A stretch of DNA of 64,000 bases from Bacteroidales bacterium (lineage in GTDB: Bacteria; Bacteroidota; Bacteroidia; Bacteroidales; VadinHA17), in assembly GCA_003142255.1 (NCBI GenBank), contig PLLO01000011.1, positions 612,134 through 676,133 of the forward strand. The letters run 5' to 3'. Below are positions 50,961 through 58,183 of the stretch, one piece after another. The notes below the pieces were generated by a model. The model ran no database searches. It was not told the origin of the DNA and saw only the letters and a list, made by a program, of their open reading frames with translations. Made by a program: the position numbers and the translations under genes. Position 1 is the stretch's first letter, and each line of letters begins with the position of its first letter.

Positions 50961-50986
50961 GAAATTGTAACATTTGTTACAATTTC
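50961..50986. promoter_or_regulatory. Perfect 12-2-12 dyad gaaattgtaaca-tt-tgttacaatttc; candidate Crp/Fnr-family operator
   Basis: Read directly. The core TGTAA-N6-TTACA (GTAAC-N4-GTTAC) has CRP/FNR-type geometry. It is centred about 63 nt upstream of the 4Fe-4S gene start and about 40 nt upstream of the Crp/Fnr gene start. Confidence 0.6.
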
Positions 50987-51013
50987 AATTATTTATTTAA
51001 TTTTATAAAAAAA

Positions 51014-51685
51014 ATGGACTTTTTCCCACTTCTTCAGGCCCCTCTGTTCAGAGGGCTTACATCATCAGAGATTGAAAAACTGATGACCAGTGTTCCTAAA
51101 AAGATCAGGAAATTCAAGGCAGGTTCGCAAGTTGCCCTGGCGGGAGAGCCTGTGACTTCGCTAATGATTGTTCTCAGCGGTACGGTCAGCGGTGAAATGG
51201 TCGATTATTCGGGCCGGGTAATCAAGATAGAAGATATTCCTTCACCCGGATCGCTGGCACCTGCATTTATTTTTGGAAGCAGTAACAGATTTCCTGTAAA
51301 TGTTATTGCCGTAGCCGAGACAGAACTGATGGTTATTGATAAGCGGGATTTTCTCAGTCTCCTGGCTAAGAATGAGAAAATACTTGTCAATTTTCTGAAT
51401 ATGATCTCGGACAGGTCGCAATTTCTGTCTGAAAAGATAAAATTTTTGAACTTCAAGACAATTAAAGGCAAGCTTGCACAGCTTATCCTGCAAAAAGCCA
51501 GTAAGGATAAAGATTCATTAATTCTTGATATGACACAAAATAGCCTTGCAGATTTCTTTGGAGTGGCGAGGCCATCTGTTGCAAGAGCGCTGGGAGAGAT
51601 GGAAGAGGAGGGGATACTTGATGTGAAGGCCGGCAGAATAAAAATACTCGACAGAAAAAGACTGGCAGAATATATGAGCCACTGA
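51014..51685 (+). CDS. Crp/Fnr-family transcriptional regulator (no FNR-type Cys cluster; HcpR-like)
   Basis: The ATG at 51014 (MDFFPLLQAPLFRGL) is preferred; the track ORF from 50738 runs antisense through the neighbouring gene. It has a cNMP-binding-like domain and a C-terminal HTH (LADFFGVARPSVARALGEME). No cysteines at all. Confidence 0.85.
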   Translation: MDFFPLLQAPLFRGLTSSEIEKLMTSVPKKIRKFKAGSQVALAGEPVTSLMIVLSGTVSGEMVDYSGRVIKIEDIPSPGSLAPAFIFGSSNRFPVNVIAVAETELMVIDKRDFLSLLAKNEKILVNFLNMISDRSQFLSEKIKFLNFKTIKGKLAQLILQKASKDKDSLILDMTQNSLADFFGVARPSVARALGEMEEEGILDVKAGRIKILDRKRLAEYMSH

Positions 51686-51701
51686 CATAAGACTTTCAGG
51701 T

Positions 51702-51738
51702 AAAAAAAAGACCCATGGCGCTGGACCATGGATCTTTT
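51702..51738. terminator. Bidirectional Rho-independent terminator between convergent genes
   Basis: A8-gacccatgg-cgctgga-ccatggatc-T4, with 8 of 9 stem positions paired. An A-tract lies on one side and a T-tract on the other. Confidence 0.7.
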
Positions 51739-51757
51739 ATTCCCAAAATTATTAATG

Positions 51758-52225
51758 TTATTTCTTCTCAGGTTTTTCGTCTTTTTCTTCCTTGGAGACG
51801 TCGGTCTTCTTCAGAACCTTTCCGGCATTATCAAAAACTACTTCAAGAACTGTTTCACCTTTTTTCAGGCCAACCTCGAATCCCTTTAGCTTAGGACTCT
51901 CAAGAATTGATATTTCGTCAGCCTTGAACCCTTCGAATTCTTTTGCAAGTGATCCGGAAATTGCAGCAGGAAGCTCTTTTACTGCTATTTCTGTTTCTGA
52001 TTCGAGCCACTTCCCGGAATTGTCGAAAGATGCCGACATTTCTTTGCCATTAAGCTTGAATTCGGCTTCCCATTCATTTGCTTCCTCACTTGCCCATTTT
52101 ACTGCGGCAGCAGCCGGGTACTTCTGTGAAAATGCCGTATTTACAGGCTGAGGCACATTTTTCTGGCCACAGGCTATAATGCCAAATGCCAGGAACATTA
52201 CTGAAAGGAAAAATAACTTCTTCAT
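51758..52225 (-). CDS. PepSY-like (DUF2874-type) periplasmic lipoprotein
   Basis: 155-aa ORF with lipobox IIAC. Two repeats of the V..AF...YP.A..V.W pattern, and a Lys/Glu-rich tail. Confidence 0.65.
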   Translation of the reverse strand: MKKLFFLSVMFLAFGIIACGQKNVPQPVNTAFSQKYPAAAAVKWASEEANEWEAEFKLNGKEMSASFDNSGKWLESETEIAVKELPAAISGSLAKEFEGFKADEISILESPKLKGFEVGLKKGETVLEVVFDNAGKVLKKTDVSKEEKDEKPEKK

Positions 52226-52346
52226 AATTTAAATATTAAGATTAATGATTCAATATTATAATCTGATTCTGTATTAATTTTGATTTCTATCTCCGGTTTC
52301 CCATCATTTTTACGTTGATAGTGAAACAATTATATTCTACTGGTGA

Positions 52347-52537
52347 CTAAAACTGTGTATCATATTTTATCTGGGTGTCTTTTTTCTTGTTTTGACTTCC
52401 GAAGACGTATGTAATTCCGGCATAAATAATCCTTGCGCTTCGTTTTCTTGATACGGTCTGGTAAAGTTCAGGTGTGTCAACGACAGAATTATTCCTTAAA
52501 GAGTTAAAAATATCCGATACTGTAAGGATTTTGTACT
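52347..52537 (-). pseudogene. Remnant of the 3' end of an outer-membrane beta-barrel (TonB-dependent-receptor-like) gene
   Basis: Minus-strand frame reads ...KILTVSDIFNSLRNNSVVDTPELYQTVSRKRSARIIYAGITYVFGSQNKKKDTQIKYDTQF*. It has no start codon and an in-frame stop at its 5' side coinciding with the kinase stop. The pattern resembles the C-terminal strands of this barrel family. Confidence 0.4.
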
Positions 52538-53788
52538 TTAAAATTTAACAGTTACTTTATGCAGATTATTTTCGACAGTATAGGTGATATGCCAGTTATT
52601 GGCTTTGCAAATCTCCATTACAATTGATAATCCCAGGCCAAAGGAATCTGATGAACTGCTGGCTTTGTAAAATCTGTCAAATAATTTCCGGGGTTCAACC
52701 TGCAAAGGAGCGCCGTTATTTAAAATTACAAATGAGTCTTGCTTTAACTCAATTATGATGCTGCTGTTGCCGAAAGAATGCTTTATTGCATTTCCCAAAA
52801 GATTCTGTATAAGTGATTCAGCAAGAAAAACATTTGCATTCAGTGAGCATCCTGAGTCAGAATGAATCTCAACTGACAGCGACTTTTCCCGTATTGCTTC
52901 AGAAAAGAGTTCAGTCTGGCTGCGGATTATTGATTCGAGGTCAATTTCCTCTGATTCCGGGTACTGCCTGTTCTCAATTCTGGCCAGAAAAAGCATTGAT
53001 CTTGTGAGTTTTGCCAGCCGGACAGAAGCTGAATAAGCCGATTGAATTTGGGCAGCCTGTATTTCGGTCAGGTCAGGCTCCTGAATAAGTGACTCAAGTC
53101 TTGACTGAACAATAGAGAGGGGGGTCTGTATCTCATGGGATGCATCTTCCGTGAACCGTTTTAAAACCTGATAATCTGAAATCACTTTTGCAGTCAGCTT
53201 ATTCAATGTAAGTCTGAGCTCTTCAAATTCTTCGATGCCGCCGGAGGCTATCAGGTCAAATGAGGCATTCTCAGGAGAGAACTTCTTAAGCTCATCGAGA
53301 ATACTGTAAAACGGGGACCATATTTTACGTGAAAGCTTTTTATTGATAAAATACAAGCTCAGAAGAAGAAGAAGGAATACTGATCCGGTAGTCAGGATTA
53401 TTGTTAGGAGAAAATCACTTTTTTCGATGAGTGTGTTTCTGGTTATGATTTTAAAGTTCTTGTCTCTTATTGAAACTGTGCCTGTAAGCTGCCTGAATGG
53501 AACACTTTCTTTTTCAGAAGCATCGTATATAATAGTATCGCTGTAAGAATCTTTAATTTCAGATGAAGCCGGCTCTTCCCGCACCTCAATATAGGGAGGG
53601 TCGTTGTAAACCACACCTGATGTTTCAATGGTTTCGACCAGGTGGTCTTTTGTGGCAGCCAGCTTTTCATTCAGCTGCGATTCAAGGAATAGTGAGAGAA
53701 CAAGATAAGTAACCAGACCTGCAACTGCAAAAGCTGATGCTGAAAGGATAAAATAAGCCCGGTTCGTTTTTTGAAGCAATTTCATCAT
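52538..53788 (-). CDS. Sensor histidine kinase (two TM helices, HisKA, HATPase_c)
   Basis: 416-aa ORF with H-box FTEDASHEIQTPLS, N-box LLGNAIKH and G-box GLGLSIV. Confidence 0.9.
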   Translation of the reverse strand: MMKLLQKTNRAYFILSASAFAVAGLVTYLVLSLFLESQLNEKLAATKDHLVETIETSGVVYNDPPYIEVREEPASSEIKDSYSDTIIYDASEKESVPFRQLTGTVSIRDKNFKIITRNTLIEKSDFLLTIILTTGSVFLLLLLSLYFINKKLSRKIWSPFYSILDELKKFSPENASFDLIASGGIEEFEELRLTLNKLTAKVISDYQVLKRFTEDASHEIQTPLSIVQSRLESLIQEPDLTEIQAAQIQSAYSASVRLAKLTRSMLFLARIENRQYPESEEIDLESIIRSQTELFSEAIREKSLSVEIHSDSGCSLNANVFLAESLIQNLLGNAIKHSFGNSSIIIELKQDSFVILNNGAPLQVEPRKLFDRFYKASSSSDSFGLGLSIVMEICKANNWHITYTVENNLHKVTVKF

Positions 53789-54459
53789 TCGCTGAATTTG
53801 TATCCGATACCATAAATATTATGCAGGTAGTTTTTCCCTTTTTTCTGTTCAATTTTTTTGCGGATGTTTTTAATATGGCTGTAGATAAAATCAAAATTAT
53901 CGGCAAATGTTGAATTATCGCCCCATATATGTTCGGCAATTGATTCCCGCGTTATTACCCTGTTCCTGTTTACCATGAAGTAAAGCAGAATATCATATTC
54001 TTTCCTGGTAAGATCAAGCAATTCCCCGTTAACGGCGACCTCGAGGGAATCAGTATTGATTGTTATTTCATTGAAAGTCAACTCATTTTTACCATCGAAG
54101 AAACGTCTTCTTGCCAACGATCTGATCCGGGAATTCAGCTCGGCAAGATGAAACGGCTTGGTAATATAGTCGTCAGCACCAAGATCAAGGCCTTTAACTT
54201 TATCATCCAGTGAATTCCTGGCTGAAACTATCAATAATCCCGCTTTGCTGTTTCTCTCTTTTATAAGACTAATCAGGTCAAGCCCGTTTCCGTCGGGAAG
54301 CGTAAGATCAAGTATGATTATGTCGTAATTATATGCTGACAATGAGTCTTCAGCCTTGAAAAAGGTCGATGCTGTTTCACAAAGCATTCCCTCAAGGGTA
54401 AGATAACCGGCCATAGCCTCAAGCAGGTCTTTCTCATCTTCTATAATCAGTATCTTCAT
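53785..54459 (-). CDS. OmpR-family response regulator
   Basis: 224-aa ORF. Receiver domain (ILIIEDE, DIIILDLTLPDG, ARNS..DKV) plus a winged-helix output (LTRKEYDILLYF...GIGYKF). It overlaps the kinase start by 4 nt. Confidence 0.92.
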   Translation of the reverse strand: MKILIIEDEKDLLEAMAGYLTLEGMLCETASTFFKAEDSLSAYNYDIIILDLTLPDGNGLDLISLIKERNSKAGLLIVSARNSLDDKVKGLDLGADDYITKPFHLAELNSRIRSLARRRFFDGKNELTFNEITINTDSLEVAVNGELLDLTRKEYDILLYFMVNRNRVITRESIAEHIWGDNSTFADNFDFIYSHIKNIRKKIEQKKGKNYLHNIYGIGYKFSE

Positions 54460-54555
54460 AGTTCCGTAGGAAGGCCAAATTTATCCTTCAATTCTGTAAA
54501 GAAACTGTAAGCCTCAGGAAAAATGAAGAGGAGCTTATTTTTTCTATGATCTTAA

Positions 54556-56610
54556 TTATACAGGTAGTACAATTGAAAAGCACGATCCTTCACCTTCCTT
54601 ACTTTCGACGCTTATAGTCCCTTTGCTTATTTGTACAAGTTCAGCACAAAGCTTAAGCCCCAGGCCGGTTCCCTTTTCATTCTCCGTGCCCGGAGTACTC
54701 GTAATTTCAGCCAGTGTGAACAGGTCCTTTTGCTTCGCGTCCGGTATCCCGATTCCATTGTCACAGATCTTCAGCAGCATTCCTTCGCTATCGGCGCTCT
54801 TATCCTTCAGGAGAATGCTTATCCTGCCCCCCCTCGGAGTATATTTTACCGCATTTGATAACAGGTTCCTGATGATGATATCGAGAAGATCCTTGTCGAA
54901 GAATGCCACTGAGTTTCCTACCTGGGTAAAATTCACCGAAATCTCCTTTAAGTCAGACGACTCCTTAAAGATGCTCAGGTTTGTCAGGATGATGTCTGCC
55001 AGGTTCCATTTCTCCGGAGAATATTTTATCTTATCCTCCTGGCCTCTTCCCCATACGAGCATGTTTTCAAGCAGCGAAATAACATTCTGCGCATACTGAA
55101 TACTTGAGTTGGCAAAAGTGTCATATTTTTCCTTGTATTCCTTTTCCTTGAGAAGATTGAGCATATATAATATATTGACCACCGGACTCCTGAGGTCATG
55201 CGCAACGACCGAAAAAATCTTATTCTTTAACTGAATAGTATCTGATAACTGTTTGTTCTGCAAGGCAATTTTTGTATTCTGCAGTTCTATCTCCTCATTT
55301 CTCCTTCTGAGTTCCTGAGTTCTTTCGTCCACAAGCACTTCAAGGTTCCGGTTCATAAACTCCAGGTCGCTCTGCAACTTATCCTTTTCGTAATAGGATA
55401 AAACCCATTTATATAGTAGTAGTGAAGCCTGGATAAATACAAATATTATGACAATATATGTAAGAATATAGCCTGTTCCCTCTGATGCTTTTCCAAGTGA
55501 AACCCTTATGTCGTGTATTCCTCCGGTGGTCAGCATTACAAATGCCAGGAGATATGCAATATCGAGCTTATTCTTTTTCAGGACGCCTGCGAAGCTTCTG
55601 GCGATTGCGTAGACCATGAGAATGATCATCTCAGGGTAGATAACGTAAGTTGAATAGCTGAAGATTTTTACCGGGAGAAAGAATGTGAGGATAAAGGCTA
55701 TGGAGAATACCCCGGTCATAATGAGTGAAAATCTCTTGAATATGCGCGATGGATAAAGAGTGGAAGCAAACCATTGCCAGCCCATAATTGTAAGATAAAG
55801 AGAGAGATACTCAAACCTGATAGTCCAGGTCCATCCTATATCTGCAAAATTGTAAATCAGAAAGTGAGAAGTAAAGAGCGGCCTGAGAGCGAGACCTATG
55901 GTAGCCATGCATAAGAAGCCCATAACTTTTTCTTTCGGGTAAATAAGAAAGAAAAACAGGAAGAAAAATGAAAATCCTAAAAGAAAGCTGATTGTCGACC
56001 ACTCAACTGCCCAGCTGTTTGCCAGCTGTTTCTGAACTTTACTGAATGTCCCCATTTTAATAGGAAGCCAGAACCCTCCACGCCTGTGAAAATAATTCGA
56101 GACATTTACTATTATTGTCAGGGTATCGGAAGGCGTATCAAACCTGAAGAAATTCATTCTGTAGCCGGGTTTAGACTCGCTTTCAGATCTGCCTGGGACT
56201 CCATTGCCTCCAAAGTATTTATTATTGATATAAATATCATAGGATGAATCAAATACCGGCACATCAAAAGCCAGTGATTTTCTATAGCCAGGTGGCAACA
56301 AAACCCTTAACCTGTAGGTTGCAAAGCCAAACCTTTCTGTACGGACCTTTTCCTTTGGATAATCTGTCCAGTATGAGGGAACCATACCATAGTAATCAGG
56401 GTTAATATCCTTTCCTGCAAAGTCGTATGGGTGCAGCATCTTATTCCAGTAGAATTCCCATTCGCCGTTCAGGTTTACAATGAATTGCTCGCTGTCGCTG
56501 ATATGCCGCAGATCAATCATTCCTTTTTTAGCAACAGGTGAAATTCCGCTTGCTGACCGGAACAGAATAGCCTGTAATATAAAAAAAATGAGTAATGACC
56601 TGATTTTCAT
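54556..56610 (-). CDS. 7TMR-DISM-type sensor histidine kinase (extracellular carbohydrate-binding-like domain, 7 TM, HisKA, HATPase_c)
   Basis: 684-aa ORF with a signal peptide, a ~190-aa periplasmic domain, seven hydrophobic helices, a coiled coil, H-box FSVVAHDLRSPV and G-box GTGLGLKLC. No receiver domain. Confidence 0.85.
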   Translation of the reverse strand: MKIRSLLIFFILQAILFRSASGISPVAKKGMIDLRHISDSEQFIVNLNGEWEFYWNKMLHPYDFAGKDINPDYYGMVPSYWTDYPKEKVRTERFGFATYRLRVLLPPGYRKSLAFDVPVFDSSYDIYINNKYFGGNGVPGRSESESKPGYRMNFFRFDTPSDTLTIIVNVSNYFHRRGGFWLPIKMGTFSKVQKQLANSWAVEWSTISFLLGFSFFFLFFFLIYPKEKVMGFLCMATIGLALRPLFTSHFLIYNFADIGWTWTIRFEYLSLYLTIMGWQWFASTLYPSRIFKRFSLIMTGVFSIAFILTFFLPVKIFSYSTYVIYPEMIILMVYAIARSFAGVLKKNKLDIAYLLAFVMLTTGGIHDIRVSLGKASEGTGYILTYIVIIFVFIQASLLLYKWVLSYYEKDKLQSDLEFMNRNLEVLVDERTQELRRRNEEIELQNTKIALQNKQLSDTIQLKNKIFSVVAHDLRSPVVNILYMLNLLKEKEYKEKYDTFANSSIQYAQNVISLLENMLVWGRGQEDKIKYSPEKWNLADIILTNLSIFKESSDLKEISVNFTQVGNSVAFFDKDLLDIIIRNLLSNAVKYTPRGGRISILLKDKSADSEGMLLKICDNGIGIPDAKQKDLFTLAEITSTPGTENEKGTGLGLKLCAELVQISKGTISVESKEGEGSCFSIVLPV

Positions 56611-56654
56611 AGTATAATGATAAGATTCCTGATGTAAAGATATGAATTCCTTTT

Positions 56655-56688
56655 AAAAAGAAGGAGGGCACCTGGCGATGCCCTCTTC
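56655..56688 (-). terminator. Rho-independent terminator on the minus strand with no annotated gene upstream of it
   Basis: The minus strand reads gaagagggca-ucgccagg-ugcccuccuuc-UUUUU: a 10-bp GC-rich stem with one bulge, then a U5 tract. It lies 45 nt upstream of the 7TMR-DISM kinase start codon. Confidence 0.6.
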
Positions 56689-56888
56689 TGATTAACTATA
56701 AACCTGATCGTAGAATTGGCCGAACGGCCTTAGAGTAAACTTTATATTTTCATTCTAATGACGATTACCGTGGCAATTTGTTGCAGCAATCTTTGTTAAA
56801 GTTATGTTAATCATTTGTTAGTGCATTATATTAAGCAGATAGTCAATATATTATAGGTAACAAGAAAAGTTATATTTTCATTTTTTTT

Positions 56889-57097
56889 ACCCCCATTCCA
56901 ACCCCCACCGAAGCGGGGCAGGCTTTCCCCCAGGGGAGGGCCGAGCGTTAAGAACCAGCCCAGTGGGCTGGTTTAGTGAAGGAGCCTGCCTGCAGGGTGG
57001 CCATCGCGACAAACAGGCCTGTTCGCTAAAATAGCCTACAGGGCTATTTTCAGACACTCCAGCCTCCCCTTGGGGGAAACAAGAAAGGGGGTTGCCT
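56889..57097. other. GC-rich multi-hairpin element (candidate structured RNA or MITE/REP-like palindromic element)
   Basis: A ~210-nt GC-rich island in an AT-rich 720-bp gap. Long-range helix 56926-56939 / 57063-77. Internal hairpins at 56953-56973, 57006-57026 and 57028-57050. Extra hairpin at 56902-56918. C5...C5 and G5...G5 termini. No ORF. Confidence 0.5.
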
Positions 57098-57330
57098 TAA
57101 ACAAGATTTCTTTTACTAATTCAAATGCAAGATTAATAAAATTCGTAATTTGCAGTGCGAAAATCAGATGATGATATTGAGTTTAAAATATCGTTTTAAC
57201 TGGCAGAGACTTGGAAGAAGACTCTACAGCTGTCTTATGTTCTACAGCGCTTCCTAACCCTTTCCATCCTGTACTGACAGGATCCGGTAAATTTATTTCC
57301 ACTCTTATTTAACTATTTTTAAACCTTTTT

Positions 57331-58131
57331 ATGAAAGGTCTGATATTCAGTGTAAAGCGATATTCGATCCATGATGGCCCGGGCATCAGGGTTACCTTTT
57401 TTATGAAGGGATGTCCGTTATCATGCTGGTGGTGTCATAACCCGGAGGGCATTTCGCAGCAACCTGAGCAAGTTAAGGTAGCAGAGAAGGTGGGAGATGA
57501 GGAATTTATTAAATTCAGGCAAGCCGGAGAATATTATTCGGTTGATGATGTCCTGGAGATACTCGAAAAGGAGAGGCCATTTATGGCTGAATCAGGAGGA
57601 GGTGTCACGTTCTCGGGCGGCGAACCAATGCTTCAGTCGGAGTTTTTACTAGAAGCTCTAAAGGCATGCAAGGAAACTGGGTACCATACCGCAGTGGATA
57701 CTTCAGGTTACTCATTGCCCACCAATTATTCTGCAATAATTCCATACACTGATCTTTTCCTTTTCGATATCAAGCATCTCGATGATGATAAGCATGAAAA
57801 ATTTACAAGTGTATCAAATACACTTATTATCAATAATTTTAAAATGATACTCGATAGCGGCAGGGATGTTATGGTAAGAATACCTGTTATACCTGGTTTC
57901 AATGATGATGATCATCATCTTGAAAAAATAAAATCATTCATTTCTGAAAACAGGGCAGACAATCTCAGAAAGATTTGCCTTCTTCCTTATCACAGGATCG
58001 GATCATCAAAATATAAGAGAATGAATATCCCCGACAGGATGGAAGGTGTTGAACCTCCATCTGCAGAAAGGATGGAAGAGCTTAAAGTATTTTTTGCGGG
58101 AACAGGAATAAAAGTCAAGATCGGAGGATAA
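57331..58131 (+). CDS. Glycyl-radical enzyme activating protein (radical SAM), compact PflA-like form
   Basis: 266-aa ORF with HDGPGIRVTFFMKGCPLSCWWCHNPE (CX3CX2C) and GGVTFSGGEP. There is no Cys-rich ferredoxin-like insert after the SAM cluster motif. Confidence 0.9.
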   Translation: MKGLIFSVKRYSIHDGPGIRVTFFMKGCPLSCWWCHNPEGISQQPEQVKVAEKVGDEEFIKFRQAGEYYSVDDVLEILEKERPFMAESGGGVTFSGGEPMLQSEFLLEALKACKETGYHTAVDTSGYSLPTNYSAIIPYTDLFLFDIKHLDDDKHEKFTSVSNTLIINNFKMILDSGRDVMVRIPVIPGFNDDDHHLEKIKSFISENRADNLRKICLLPYHRIGSSKYKRMNIPDRMEGVEPPSAERMEELKVFFAGTGIKVKIGG

Positions 58132-58183
58132 CTAATCCCGGGCTTCAGCCCGGGGGGCTGAACCCAATTAATAAATTAAAATT

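Noticed and set aside
50738-51013. N-terminal 92-codon extension of the Crp/Fnr ORF, and the 21-codon extension of the 4Fe-4S ORF (50911-50973)
   Set aside because: The extension of the regulator is antisense to the 4Fe-4S gene and has no homology-like features. Internal ATGs at 51014 and 50910 give proteins of canonical length and leave a sensible divergent promoter region containing the dyad.
54483-54555. Hairpin plus T6 on the plus strand between the response regulator and the 7TMR-DISM kinase
   Set aside because: The imperfect stem (taagcctc / gaggagctta) is followed by a T-run only on the plus strand, where no gene needs terminating. On the coding (minus) strand it lacks a U-tract. Too weak to call.
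56889-57097. Known RNA classes for the GC-rich element (cobalamin riboswitch, tmRNA, RNase P, SRP/4.5S, 6S)
   Set aside because: By eye it lacks a convincing B12 box and the GCCACTG core. It also lacks a tRNA-like acceptor end or tag ORF, the RNase P conserved regions, and the SRP domain IV motif. A B12 riboswitch would also make little sense before a B12-independent radical enzyme. Only a covariance-model scan can exclude these fully.
57140-57155. Promoter -7 box for the glycyl-radical operon (attcgtaatttgcagt, similar to attcgtaaattgcagt at 18974-18989)
   Set aside because: Both only approximate TAnnTTTG (one spacer base short, or TTGC instead of TTTG). No -33 TTTG lies at the right distance. 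Noted as a recurring motif but not supported well enough to annotate.
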